Below the pieces are notes generated by a model that made no database searches, was not told the origin of the DNA, and saw only the letters and a list, made by a program, of their open reading frames with translations. From Psammoneis japonica (taxonomy: Eukaryota): DNA of 36,666 nucleotides. This document shows, piece after piece, positions 22,860 to 35,902 of this stretch (the first letter of the stretch is position 1; each line of letters opens with the position of its first letter). A program made the position numbers and the translations under genes. The stretch covers positions 632,874-669,539 of the forward strand of contig QPGO01000029.1 of assembly GCA_008632985.1 (NCBI GenBank), given 5' to 3'.

Positions 22860-24278
22860 TCATCTTGATTCGTCTGCTAGGTCCTGCTGGAGTTTTTGTA
22901 CGCTCGCTTTGGCCATGGCCTTTTTCTTAGCCTTTTGTTCTTCCAGACGGTTCTGCAGGTCGGCAACATACTCAGTTTCGTATTCCTTTGCTGCAACATC
23001 CACAGTCTTCCAAAACTCGTCGATTCCGTCTCCTGTAGCCGCGGAAACCCCACAACTGTGAAGGTTGTTATAGAATTCATCAAGAACCAGACTCAAACTT
23101 CTTGTCAACGAGTCATAGTACCCCGATTCATCGGATGAACTCGCCTCGTCGAGAGCTTCTTGAAATGCTTCATAGTCTTGCATCCATTCCGTCGCAAAAT
23201 CGTGCGGCGTGACATCGATTTTGTTAAAAACCACCACCAGTGGTAGACGAGTCCGATACAGCATGCTGCAGGCATAAAGCATGTTGCTCATAAAGGTGTT
23301 TGGGCTAGCTGCACAACGTGTCGTGTCTACAACAAAAGCCAAAACAGTTGGAAAGGAAGAAGCCAATGCTTCACTCATGACATTGCCCGACGCCGACCAC
23401 GTAAATGCTTCAATCTGTCCCGGAGTATCCACCAGAATGTAGTCCAAACGATCATCACCGTACGCTCGACGGTCGAGAATATTAATAACCTGGTCAAACT
23501 TTGTCGCAAACAGGTTGAGTGAAGTCATGATTGCCCCGTTGGGTCCTAGACGATGCTGTTGCATAACTTGCTGTTTGCGAGAGCACGCAGAAAGATCGTA
23601 AACAATAGGTCAGTCATTGGATTAGATAATCTCTGGACGGCAAACATTACGCAGGTGCTCGACGTACCTTGTAGTCAACCGTGTCACGAATATCAATGGA
23701 TGCTCCGAACGGAACCTATTAGTATTCGACACAACAGATCAAAAAGTGTGAGATGCCTGTCTATAAACAGATAACACGGCATGTCGAAGACAGTCGAGTG
23801 CGTACCAATAACGTCGCGGGATCCAGATTCAGGAAATACCCAGTCTTTCCTGGTGGTTCGTCCCCTTCAGCATACTCCCCTTCATCGTTGTCCGACTTGA
23901 GGTTTGCAGCTTCCTCGCCTTCAACTCCACCCTCATTGTTTGCGTCATTTGGGTCGCTACTCTTTGGTGTAGCCAATGATCGTTGTAGTTGAGCCACCAA
24001 TGTCGTCTAAGATTCAGAGAGAGGATATTCATAGAAGCAGGATTAGATATTTAATCCGAAAGACTGGACAACAGGGTTGGATTCCTCTCGATTTTGATTT
24101 GACGTACCTTGCCACTACCTGCCATACCAACGACAATCACGCAAACCGGGAGCGAAGATTCATCTCCTTCCTTTCTTTGAGCCAAGTGCTTGAGAATTGG
24201 AATTGAAGGCTCTTCGGCACTGCTTTGCAGCGGATGCTCTGGAAGCAAAACTCTCTCTGCGCTGCTACTCTCCTCCAT
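22860..24278 (-). CDS. GPN1: GPN-loop GTPase 1; exons 24278-24108, 24006-23806, 23715-23668, 23570-22860
   Basis: [73 protein letters not shown]. Three GT-AG introns restore the frame. Confidence 0.96.
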
Positions 24279-24820
24279 CTCTGCGAAACTTCACGACGAC
24301 GCAGCAACGAATTATACTATAGATTGATTTCGCCTAGTCTCGCTGCTTCCTTTGTTGCTTTAACGGTGTCGGTATGGATTCTACAATGCTTGGAGATTGG
24401 AGACGTGCGCTCATTGTGGTTGCTGTGATCCGTGATGTTGCCGTTGACGCCGTGCGCGTACAGACGGCGAAAGATGTGATCAACTCGATCGACCAAACGT
24501 TGGCGACAGAAAAGAGCACAAAAATGATGGAAAACAAACATCAAAACCGCAGCTGTCTCTAGTCTATCACCAGCATCGAGTATCTCCTACTCTGTTTGAA
24601 AGGACCCTTGTAGTTCTTGTTTGACTTGAACGTCCTCACATTTTGATTTGGCTCTCAAAAACAAAAGCCATCGCGTCAATGCGAGCTATTTTTTTCGAAA
24701 TTTTGGAGTTCGGGAGATTCGAAACTGGGATAGCTACTTACATACGTGGCATTTTTCGTATGTAGAATTTCGTAGGATTAGTAGGGAAACAGAACGAATG
24801 TCGGAAAGATTCGTTGAGCG

Positions 24821-26927
24821 ATGTTCTCGAGTGAAAACGAACGGCCGACGTTGCATGGCGGTGTGTTCGTAAAGGTGACACAAAAAACTGCCAAAGCGCG
24901 TGCACACGCTGATGGCACATGGCGGCACGACCCGAACCACGGCACCATGATTGAGGAGTTAGATCAATCTCAGGCGACGTCTTCCATCATGACTCCCTCG
25001 TTAACATCAACGCTGGCTGAAGGAGCTGATTTGATGAGAGAGCAAGATGCTGAGATTCTCGAGCAGGGAATCTTCAACGCTGAATCGGGTGAAACTCCAG
25101 TGCTTTCAACACCGCCACTTGTACGAGAAGGGCCGTCTGGTAGTTTTGATCTTGGTCTCTCTCAAGCAGAGTGTGATCAAAGTTTTCATGAGTCCCCGAG
25201 AAGCTTTCGAGATTGCAACGAATCATCCAAAATCTCTTCTTCGGATTCCAAATCATTGCAAGCACTCGCCGGGGAATCTTTCAACAACGGGGATACCTTC
25301 ATCTCGTCATCTGCAAGCTCCTCGCCCCTTCGAACCTTGTCAAACAATAAAAGTGTAGAAATAGCTCGATCTAATTCTCTATCACACGGAACCGGCGTTC
25401 CTCGTGCAATTGTTCGAAGATGCCTTTCGGGTGACGATCGAGCAGCTGTACCGCAGTTGCGACTGGAGGAGACCATGAGCTCATCTATTGTTGTGAGGCA
25501 TGCTCAGTCGGATGTGACTCCATCGGAGCCTATAGATGAATTATTGAGCTCTGATGAGCATCCTTCTGCTAGATCCCTGACCTGGACCAAGAGTAAGGAG
25601 CGACTGATTAGTGAAGTTGCACAGTTTGCCGAGGCGGTTGGAGAACTGCCACCCACGAATGAGAGTGACGTGCAAGAAATCATTGAAGAAAGTAGCTCTG
25701 ACGAGGATGATGATGACGACGATGACATAGACAATGCCAATGCCTCAACGGGTCCGTTGCTACTTACACCTCGCAAGCAAGAACGACGACGTGCACGATC
25801 GCTCTCGCCCGTGTCGAGCCTTTCAGGTTCCTTGCACAAAAAGGACATTCCAATAGCTGGAACTCCTGAAAAGCAATTGAACTCTAGACCAAGATGGCCT
25901 TTCAAACCATATCTGACCGGAAAGAAGTACTCCTATCTTCATAAATTGCCAACGGACCGAGTCGATACGTGCAGTCAAAATTACAAATACAAGGGGATCA
26001 AATCAAACCCTCCGGAAGTTATTAAACGAGGGATCACTCGAGGGAATTATGCTCAATTGCATCGCAAAGCATGGCTTGAGGTTAGCGACAAATACCATCG
26101 ATATGGAAAGAATCTTCGCACTTACTATAAATATTGGGAAAGCTTGGGTCACCCAACCAATATGTTTTTTGATTGGTTGGATTCCAAGGGAGAAGCGGCA
26201 GGGTTGCCTCTTCCAAACCTACCAGAGTGCCCCGGTCTGTCCTTGATTCTGATACAGTTCTTTACATTACCAACGAAGACGTGCAAAAGGAGTATGAGAT
26301 TGAAGTTGTACCTGATGAGCTAGGACGTGCGTTGATGAAGGATATTGACGGGATCCGGTTCGAACCGGTAGCGAAGGTTGGATCGTTGTTCTTCGGGACC
26401 ACAAATTGTATGGAGCCGAAAAGGTGACATCCATCACTGGCTATGGTTCGAAACAACGTTTTCATCATTCTTCCTTCTTTGGTGGAAAAGCGGTCGCTGC
26501 AGCCGGAATTATTATCACGGAAGAAACTGGCCATTTGACTCGGTTTTATCCTCACTCGGGGCATTACCGACCAGGCGAGGCGCACATGCAACGAATGCTT
26601 TTTGATTTGCATCACAGAGGCGTTGACCTTTGCACGTTTGACGTGGACACGCAACAAATACTTCATGTCACTCGAGAAGACAGCACAGCAAAGGGCGAGG
26701 ATAAGAATAATGGTCCCGAAAAGAAAAAGAAAATCCACTCGCTTCATCTCAAGCCTGCTGTCTATGTTGCATGTTTTCTTGCTCACAAAGCAAGGTTTAT
26801 GGGGGAAGGGGTCTACTCGCAGATTCACAAAATTCGAAAGGCCTCTGTAGCGACGGTGACGGAGGCACTCGATGCTGTGGACGATGGTGGATATTGGAAA
26901 AAGTTGCGTCGTGAACTCGTCAAGTAA
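24821..26927 (+). CDS. IQM-family protein (similar to plant IQ-motif-containing IQM proteins); start uncertain; one-base losses near 26232 and 26350
   Basis: WLEVSDKYHRYGKNL..YY..W, FFDWLD, CPRS.L, GWIVVL, RFHHSSFFGGKAVAAAG, PHSGHYRP. Confidence 0.8.
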
Positions 26928-26990
26928 CTTCTAAGTTTTAAAAACAGCAGTCGAATATTGTTTGAGGCATTTCTCTACTGTATTGTCTTC

Positions 26991-28607
26991 TTAATTGCCA
27001 TTAGATACGAGCTTGCGCTTCTTTCTTCGTCCCTTTTGTCCGTTCGTTTCAGATTCACCATTCGAACCTGTTTTCTTTCGTCGTCGGCCTCTTCTCCCTC
27101 CAGCAGCAGCCTTCAACTCCTTCATGACTTCATCATCTAGATCATTGTGACCAGTCTCGGGACATAGTTTGATTCCAACAAGAAGATAACCTCCATTCTG
27201 ACTCATGTTCATATTTGGATGCGTCCTTCCTGGCAGTACCTGGTATTCCCGCATCCACGTGTCGGTAAGTCTCAGATTGATGGCCAATCTTTGTCGCTGT
27301 ATTTCTCGAAAGCATTCAATCAGCGGCTCCATGAATTCACAATACACAACAAATGGACACGACGGAGCTAAAAACCGCAGCAGTGGCAAGAGAGTAGCGG
27401 TTGGATCATAGCGGGCAACAATCACCAAGGAATCACAAGCACGCGCCGACAAGAAATTCTTGACTTCCATGGCCGATTGACGAGTGAGCTTTCTGGCAAA
27501 TCGAGCCGAGCGTTTGGCAAGAAAATCTGTCTTTTCCCGTGTCGTCGCCATGCCTTCCATGTATTCACGAGTGTGGTCTTGCAATGGACACGGCCATTGG
27601 ACTGCCTCGCGTTCGGCTCGTTCTTCATCGTACTCGGGCTCATTTGGCAATTGAGTATTATCTTCATCATCAGCAAAGACTTCGCCCGAGTGAATCCACT
27701 TGATGGATTGGTTTTCGGCATAGGAAAGGTTGAAACGAGCAAGCATGTCATTGTAGCTCGGTTGCCCACCACTATAGACCGAGATGACCTTGCCATAGCC
27801 TCCCATGCGCTGTGCAAACGCCCCCGTGACGACACCCACACAAGTTTCAACTAACAAAACTTGGCAACCCGCGCTGACATTGGAGTAACTCAAAATCTGT
27901 GCGAGAGTATCTTCCCGCATATTCATGAGTCTCCGTGGATCTCGTGAATACAGTGCCTCACAAATGGATGCCGCCGTACAACGGACCATTCGACATCGCT
28001 GTTGGTACTTTTTCTGCTTGCGTGCAATATACTTTGCCTTGCTAAACTGCGTCTTGGCTTCAAAGGTGGCGGAGTTTTCAATGAGCGCCGCTACAATTTC
28101 GGACCCCTCGGCACCCGCATCTCGAAGGTTCATGACTTGTTCCTGATTCATGGATTGGGATTTGTTGTTATCTACAAGATGTCTATTGTCGTTGGCTTGT
28201 TCGTTTGAAGGAGTAGCAACAACTTTACCACCATTGTCTTGCATTTCGTCGTCGTCATCGTCGCACTCTTGGCCCAATATTGCGGATGAATCCGGCAAAA
28301 GCTCTTGTCCTTCGGGTAGCGGCACGAGCTTTGTTCTTCCCAACTCCAAGACGGTTCCATAGGGCAATCCAATTAAATTTTTGGTGGGATAGGATCGCTT
28401 GTTGACTTTGACTGGCGGACTTTTCCCCTTCCAACTCGAAACGCACTGTGCAAAGATTTGTCGTTCGTCGGAAAACACGAGAATGACATGATCGCCCTCT
28501 CGCGTAATGTTGCTCTCGTGAATTACTAACGGATCGGGTATTTCTTTCTCAGTACAAGCTACCTCCTTATCAGTCATAGTCTCTGTTGTACTTGTACAGT
28601 CTGCCAT
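26991..28607 (-). CDS. TRM6: tRNA m1A58 methyltransferase non-catalytic subunit Trm6/Gcd10
   Basis: NLIGLPYG, DNRHLVDNNKSQ, LIENSATFEAKTQFSKAKY..RKQKKY, MREDTLAQIL, WMREYQVLPGRTHP.M. Start placed at ATG 28607 inside the longer ORF. Confidence 0.93.
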   Translation of the reverse strand: MADCTSTTETMTDKEVACTEKEIPDPLVIHESNITREGDHVILVFSDERQIFAQCVSSWKGKSPPVKVNKRSYPTKNLIGLPYGTVLELGRTKLVPLPEGQELLPDSSAILGQECDDDDDEMQDNGGKVVATPSNEQANDNRHLVDNNKSQSMNQEQVMNLRDAGAEGSEIVAALIENSATFEAKTQFSKAKYIARKQKKYQQRCRMVRCTAASICEALYSRDPRRLMNMREDTLAQILSYSNVSAGCQVLLVETCVGVVTGAFAQRMGGYGKVISVYSGGQPSYNDMLARFNLSYAENQSIKWIHSGEVFADDEDNTQLPNEPEYDEERAEREAVQWPCPLQDHTREYMEGMATTREKTDFLAKRSARFARKLTRQSAMEVKNFLSARACDSLVIVARYDPTATLLPLLRFLAPSCPFVVYCEFMEPLIECFREIQRQRLAINLRLTDTWMREYQVLPGRTHPNMNMSQNGGYLLVGIKLCPETGHNDLDDEVMKELKAAAGGRRGRRRKKTGSNGESETNGQKGRRKKRKLVSNGN

Positions 28608-28958
28608 GTTGCTTTCAACCAACGGAAAATCTCCGCCGTCTTTGAATGATGGTGTGTGTGTGTTGTGTTGCTTTTCTTTACAGTGTATTCGTTGTCGCGT
28701 TGCATGGTTGTTGGTTGTTGAAGGCAGGAGCAGCAACGGACGGACAGACGACTCATCTCTTCTGACTTGCTCGCTTTGCTTTACTTCTCGCTCATTCTCT
28801 ATGTAGACTATCTCATCACTCTGGAACTCATCACCGTCATACTTTGGAACTTGTTGCATTATTTGCTTGCCTTATTTGCGGCTTTATTGTCTGCTAGATA
28901 TCTGGAACTGTAGAGGACACTGTATATCATTGAGAATTCCCGTGTACAAATATTCGCC

Positions 28959-29695
28959 ATGACTGATGATTCATCGGCATCTGCTTCAAGTACTGTTGCC
29001 GACAATAATGAGCAAAAAAGCAACGCCGACAAGCAACAGTGTGACAAGTGGGTAGACTCTGGCTTGACTCGAAACATGACGGTCCAATTTTTGCTTCAAA
29101 ATCTCGTCGACATGGGCTGTAAACCTCCTCCTGGTTTTATCCGCTGCATGGATTGTGGAGATCGCAAGGCTGGCGGTGGCTTTGGAATGGTGGAAGAAGT
29201 CTCCATCGTGCCGGACGAATCCACAAAACGCCGCGCCGCCATTCCACAATGTCAACGAAGCGTCAAAGATTTGCAAGATCAATTGCAAGCACAAGCCGAC
29301 GGCAAGGTCCAATTGAAATTGTCACCCGAAATATTTCTTTGTCAACAACACATGCGCAACGAAACACACACTCATCAATCCATGGTACACGAACTCATTC
29401 ATGCCATTGACATGTGCCGGACCAAGATGGATCCGTTGCACAATTGCATTCACATGGCGTGTACGGAAATTCGAGCGGAAAATTTGAGTGGCGAATGCGG
29501 TATGCTACAAGAACTAAAGGCGGGACGAGTGGAGGGTCGATAGTCAAGCACGGACAGCAGTGTGTCAAGCGACGTGCGGCACTGTCGCTAAAGGCCAATC
29601 CCAATTGTGCGGCAAAAGCACACGACTATGTGGATGCTGCGTTTGAACGATGCTTTAAAGATACCTTTCCTTTTGATAGACATCCGAGCTCATAG
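28959..29695 (+). CDS. ATP23: Mitochondrial inner-membrane metalloprotease Atp23 (peptidase M76); one-base loss near 29535
   Basis: AGGGF, IFLCQ, HELIHAIDMCR, HMACTEIRAENLSGEC, CVKRRAALSL, FERCFKDTFPF. Confidence 0.93.
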
Positions 29696-29797
29696 CAGCA
29701 TTATAAAGAAGATTTAGAAAGAGACGGCCAAAGTAGAAAAGCAACTACGATAGATCATTACAGAGTTCACAAACACAGCTATTATTATATTTTGCGT

Positions 29798-30509
<712 letters not shown>

Positions 30510-31049
30510 GATTGTATGAGTTTGTTGCGTTCAAAGAAACGTCTGTATGGCAATTACAAAAAACAAAGAGATGTGTGAGAGGATATGAGTCGGAGTGTGC
30601 AAAAAGAGTACGCCATGTCGGTCTTTCGCCATGCTTTTTCTCTCCACAACCAATCCAGCGCTGCCAACAAGGACTATACCACAACATGTTTCGAGACGAT
30701 CTTTGCCATGGTGACAGCCGCCGTCGCTTTCAGCAATTACAATCCACGTACCGATAACAACAAACAATCAACACTCGCACAACAGTCGCAACGATGGCGG
30801 CAGCGCGGTGTGTTTCTCCGCCGTCCGACCTGTACGTAGAATTTGTACTGAAGTGTACGTGTAGTGGGTAGAGCGACTTACCGGCTTACTAACACGTTAT
30901 CCGTTTGACAGTGTCTAATGTAAAACTCAATGTCCGACCGAAACTGAGATTGGATCTTTTTCGTCTGTCTCACATACTTTTTCTCGCCATGACGAGAACA
31001 AAAAGCAGATCGCGACGCCTAAGTTTACCTGTAATCACCAAACAACAAA

Positions 31050-32176
31050 ATGAGTACAACAACAAGACAATCCTTGCTCACTGCACGCACTGGATCGCTG
31101 CGGTTTTCTTCCCGGTCTACCGAAGCACCGGTGTTGGAACGACCACCCATTGTATTGGAATACAACGCGTCGGTGGTTCGGATTGGCTTGGCGGAAAACT
31201 TCAAGCCACACTACGTGGAAGCACTCAAGAATAGCAATAATGATATCCAGAAATCCCAACAACAATGGTATGCGGAATTGGCACCCGTCATTTCCAAGTT
31301 ATGGGACCGACTCTTTTTGGCGTCGTCATCGTCGCCTCGACGAGTTCTTGTCGTGACTGTATATGTCATGCCGCAAACTTGGACGACCGCCATGACAAAC
31401 ATGCTTACAAGTCTTGGAGCAATTGTTGGCGTCTCGTTTGTTTCACTCTTGGAAATCATTCATTATGGTATTGGTTGGAAACGTGGTATACTGGTCCATG
31501 TCGGACGACAAGAGATACATGTCGTGGCTCATGTCGACGGACGAGCGCTGGACGATACGTTGCAAAGTAAGAGTTACAGCATTGCATTGTTGTTTTTTGT
31601 GTATTCGAGATGAACATTTGTACAAAACGCTGATACTTGCGTGTATTGTATCCATGTCTAGTTGTGCCCTGTGGATACGAGCGAGTCGTCGTCATGAATG
31701 ACAAGGAGACGACGGCGGTTTGGAAGGACGACACGATGGATTGGCATTGGCTCGATGAGACCCACAATCCACACAGTCTGCTATTTGCACTCTTGAAAAC
31801 AATCGAGGCTATTCCATTGGATGCCAAACGAGATGCGGTTTCCAATATAGTCATCACGAGTGAAGTAGCATTGGTACAAGTGCTGACGCAATTGGAAAAG
31901 CGTCTTGGGCAACGACTTGTGGCCGTCCTGAAACAAGACAAACTACCGCCATTGTCGTCCACCATGAGGACAGATGTGGTAACAGAACAAGAAAGCACAA
32001 CAACTAGAACACCAACACAGTACAAGACCATGTCGTCATTGGCACCGCACGTTTCCATTGTTTCGACAAGACCGAATCGACCCGACATGGTTTCATGGAT
32101 GGCAGCCAGTGTGTGGGCAACGGTGATGCACCGGCAATCCGGCTTTCCAAAAGTGGACACGAGGCCTATTGTGTAG
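31050..32176 (+). CDS. Divergent actin-related protein (Arp10/Arp11-like); intron 31567-31661
   Basis: PIVLEYNASVVRIGLA, RRVLVV, GILVHVGRQE, TIEAIPLDAKRDAVSNIVITS, SWMAASVW follow the actin-fold motif order. The GT-AG intron restores the frame. Confidence 0.65.
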
Positions 32177-32814
32177 TATTGCTCTTGATTATAAATACGG
32201 AGCGGCTATTACAACGAAACGGTTTAAGAAAAGTTTCGACTGAACCATAAGATTTCAGACAGAGATGAGAAAGAGATGAGGTCTTACTTGTATGGTTTCA
32301 AATTAACAACAACAGCTACTACTGTTGCTACGTTTGAATGGTCATCATTGCTTTCTGTTGATCCTCTTCTCGAAATAATTCATTACAGCTATATAGCAAT
32401 AAAGTTCATTGACACTTGCCGCTCGTCGTGTAAATGCTCACGGATTGTCGGGGTTTGGTGTCACGGGTGTGTCGGGTGCTCTGGAGACACTGGGGCTCAA
32501 AGGAGGAATTAGTCGGTCTACCGTAGAGGATTACATGCCAACAAATTGGCCAATGCTTTTCAAATCTGAATGTCTTTTCGCGCTTTGGAAAGCTAAAACT
32601 CGCATAGTCGGCAACCCACTTGTAGTCATCGGCATCACGACTCGTAGTACAACCCACAGAGCGATGTATCAATGTCGGAGCTAGCTAGCACAAGAGGATA
32701 ACGGGTTGGCATGAGCTATGCTTAGTTCAAAAGTAGACTTACATTGTTATGTACGGTACAACATTCTACGAGTAATGACTGTGCGCTAATCAGTATCAAA
32801 CCCCGCGAGGTCCT

Positions 32815-33788
32815 TTAGCTGGTGCTGTGACAGGCGGTCCTTGCCATTAACTTATGAGAAGCGAGCAGAGCAACTGGGACAAGATCAGGGTCGTAATCAT
32901 TCTCACACACATCGGAAATGGTAACATCTTTACTGGGACTGACAATGCCCGTTCGGCTGGGCCATACATATTTCACGATTGTATACAAGAGACCCGCTAC
33001 GTAAATTCCCACTGGAACGAAACGCCGTGGCGATGCATGTCGCCCCATCCTCATCCGTAGAATGCCCATTCTGGCCGGAGACCAAACGGCAACCAATAGC
33101 GGGATTATGATCCAGTAACGTTTCGACATGGGCTTGATCTTCAACGCAACCGCGACCATTCCGGTCAGAGTGCCAAGAGCGACAAAAATGGATGTCAAGA
33201 ACAAGTAAGGCAGACGGTTCTCTTCTCGAGCCTTTTGTATGGTCCACGGCCACAGGGGCAAAATAAGGATCAAGGACACAGCCAAATATCGTCGATGCTT
33301 GATCATCTCTTTTCTGATCCTATTTGTCTCGATCTTGGCATGACTTATCTCGACTCCTGACTTTGGATAGCCCGGAAGAACAGCCAAGTTGACAGATTCG
33401 ATGGCCCAGCCTTCGGTTCGTAAGTTCTCGTGGTGGTGGTTTCTTTTGTAATCTCCTTGATGCCCACACAATTCTCTTTCAACCTGTATCGAAGCTGCCC
33501 CTCTATTTGAAACAAGCCATCTTGATTAGTGCTGTTGCCGGAGAACACAATCTTTCCATTGACCGGGACGCCGCGTTTCAGAAGATCATCATACTGGCAC
33601 AGCTCCGTATTCCTTAACCACAAGTGAATCGAATTGGAGAATCCTACCACAGAGCAACAGACTACCAAACTCATTGCCACGACAAAGGCGCTGACGTGCT
33701 CTCTGCTCTGTACAAGGCTAAATGCGGAGTAGACCTGGTAGACGAGGAAGATTCCACTCAGTAACTTCTTGCTCTTTGCGGAATTCAT
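32815..33788 (-). CDS. Hypothetical multi-pass membrane protein; frameshift in ~33420-33470
   Basis: Two overlapping same-strand ORFs with several hydrophobic segments, plus YDDLLKRGVPVNGKIV and LAVLPGYPKSG motifs. Confidence 0.55.
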
Positions 33789-33949
33789 TGCCACGTAGAA
33801 GTATTTTTTCTTGTCTCTGCACGTTATTGACGATGGTAAAGCAATGTTCGGTTCATACGAGCATTCGACGAAGTTGCGATAAAATAATGAGAACTGAAAA
33901 CGCGGGACTGTTCCTCAAAAAATGATGTCATTGCACATCGAAGAATCAT

Positions 33950-34940
33950 CAAGAATCAATCATCACACATCGCACTTTTCTACTGCATCCTCGACTCGTG
34001 CTCCGTGGGACTGACTTCGTCACGGGACTCACGACTGAAAAAACTTGCCTCCGACACTGTCTCCGCTTGTGAGGCCCCAACTTCATAATGTGTTCACCAT
34101 GGCCAACTAATGCACACTTCTCTTTCATTATTTTCACTTTCACCATGTTTTTCATTTCTAACTGAGTCCACTTCTGCATGTTCAACAATCCATCTGTTTT
34201 TTGTTTGCTTTTTGCCACTCTGCTCTGCACTGTCCTCCCCGCTCCAAATGGCGTTGCTCTTCCAAAATGAATGCTTTCCTTCAAATGGCTTCTTTTCATC
34301 AGTCATGCTTGGCACTGCAACTGGTTGCACTGGTGTGTCACTCTCATTCTTTGCACTTGCACCAGCTCCAACTTGAACATGTGCCTCGCTCACAACATTC
34401 CTCGTCGTCAGCTTCGTCTGCAGTCGGCACCCAACGTGCTTGCTGTCCTTTTTTCAATTTGCAGAGCCACACATTTCAACTTCCATTCTGACAACACAAC
34501 TTCTCCTGGACAATGCCTTGCCCTTGCTTTCAGTGTCTCAATGTTCAACTCTCCAATTTTTGCAGCTTCAGCGGCTTTGCCACTCGACTCTGTGTTGTCA
34601 TTGGCGCGCTTGTGGAATCCTTTTCTGCATTCAAAGAAGTTTCTCCAATGGTCAATGTGAACAATTTCATTGGCACCTTGCACATGTGCCCTCTCTTTTC
34701 TTTTGATTTGTTTGTGTTCAAAGTTTTGTCATTTGGTGGCTCTTTTTCACTTTCCACTGGCTTGATTTTTTTGGCGCCACTTCCCAGCTTTGTTTTGCAG
34801 CTTGTTCTTTCAAGCTCATGCTCTCCCATGGGATCAGACTCACTCAAGTTCACATTGCATGTTGAGTCATTTGCACATCATCCACCTCTCCTTTGCTGAC
34901 AAGTGGATGATGCTCATGTCAGAATGCCTGGTTGGTGCAC
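33950..34940. repeat. TpA-depleted degenerate sequence of unidentified origin adjoining the copia relic
   Basis: Few TA dinucleotides, CG partly retained, Tyr-free ORFs. Confidence 0.55.
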
Positions 34941-34949
34941 ACAATGAAA

Positions 34950-35830
34950 TGTGTTCTTCGTGTTGACACAATGAGTCGCAGTGACAAACTTGCCAAGTCC
35001 CAAGGGGCTCAGGTGCATCCTTGGGCAGCATCTCTTCTGCATTGCCACACACCATGTGTGCCCATTGATGCACTGGCTTGGGAAGGTCTGGAACAGACCC
35101 ATTGATTGGGGCATCGGTGAGATGTCTGTCGGCCACTGGTCACGCCTTCTTGTGTCAACCATCATGTTGCACATCACACACAAGGTGCGCTTGAATCTTC
35201 TTGTGTCCCACTTGGGGTGTCAATTCCTTGTGGTGTCCACAGTCACAGCGCAAGAAAGAAGACATCACACTCTCAAAAATGGGTCATGTTAAGATGGGTT
35301 GCATGTTCCCATTTGTGGTTGCCGCTGTGCTTGTCAAGGGTCATGGCATGCCTGTGCAGCCCCATGGAACTTCACACCCATGCTTGCAACAAGGCACGCA
35401 GTGTGGAAGGAGCGAAGCTTGGCCTGGTTCCTCTGGAAATGGCGCAAAAATGCTTCCAGCCTTTGGCCATTCTCACGTGCACAGATGGTGCAAGTGATGG
35501 GGTCATCATCCTTGATGATGATGGCAAGTGGCTCAGATGCTGTCTCCCACTTTTCCACCACTTGAGCATGACATTGCAGCTCCAACCTTTCCAAGAGAGA
35601 TTGTGGGGCTTCTTCAAAATGGTCCTTTGTATGATGTGGTGCATTGTCTTTGTTGTCTTGCTCTGTGTGATGGATGATCCCATTGCAGGCAAGGACTTCT
35701 TTGCATTTGTCATTGTTGACCAAGCAAATAAACTTGGTGAGTTTGGGGTTGCCACCAATCTCCCAGTCGTGGTCCTCAACAACTGCCTTGACAATGCGGG
35801 CTCTTCAGCAACGGCCCACTTGGACAGCAA
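34950..35830 (-). mobile_element. Decayed, internally deleted Ty1/copia (CoDi-like) retrotransposon pol fragment
   Basis: Across frames: RARIVKAVVEDHD...KFICLVNNDKCKEVLACN, SCNVML, SEPLAII..DDPITCTICAREN, NQAKLRSFHTA, CKHGCEVP, HLVCDVQHDG, VADRHLTDAP (start of RT), jumping straight to WAHMVCGNAEEMLPKDAPEPLG and GKFVTATHCV (RT/RNase H junction). Motifs recalled from diatom copia pol. No LTR seen. Confidence 0.85.
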
Positions 35831-35902
35831 TCAGCAAGACATAAAAATAAATGCCGATAGCTACAATAGCAGCGCGCTCACGGGATGATGCTGAAAACAT
35901 AG

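Noticed and set aside
28608..28859. 84-aa N-terminal extension of the TRM6 ORF
   Set aside because: No Trm6 resemblance, and it lies in the spacer shared with divergent ATP23. Probably an open 5' region.
32276..32684. Short ORFs between the actin-related gene and the membrane protein
   Set aside because: Under 100 aa, no recognisable motif, overlapping on both strands.
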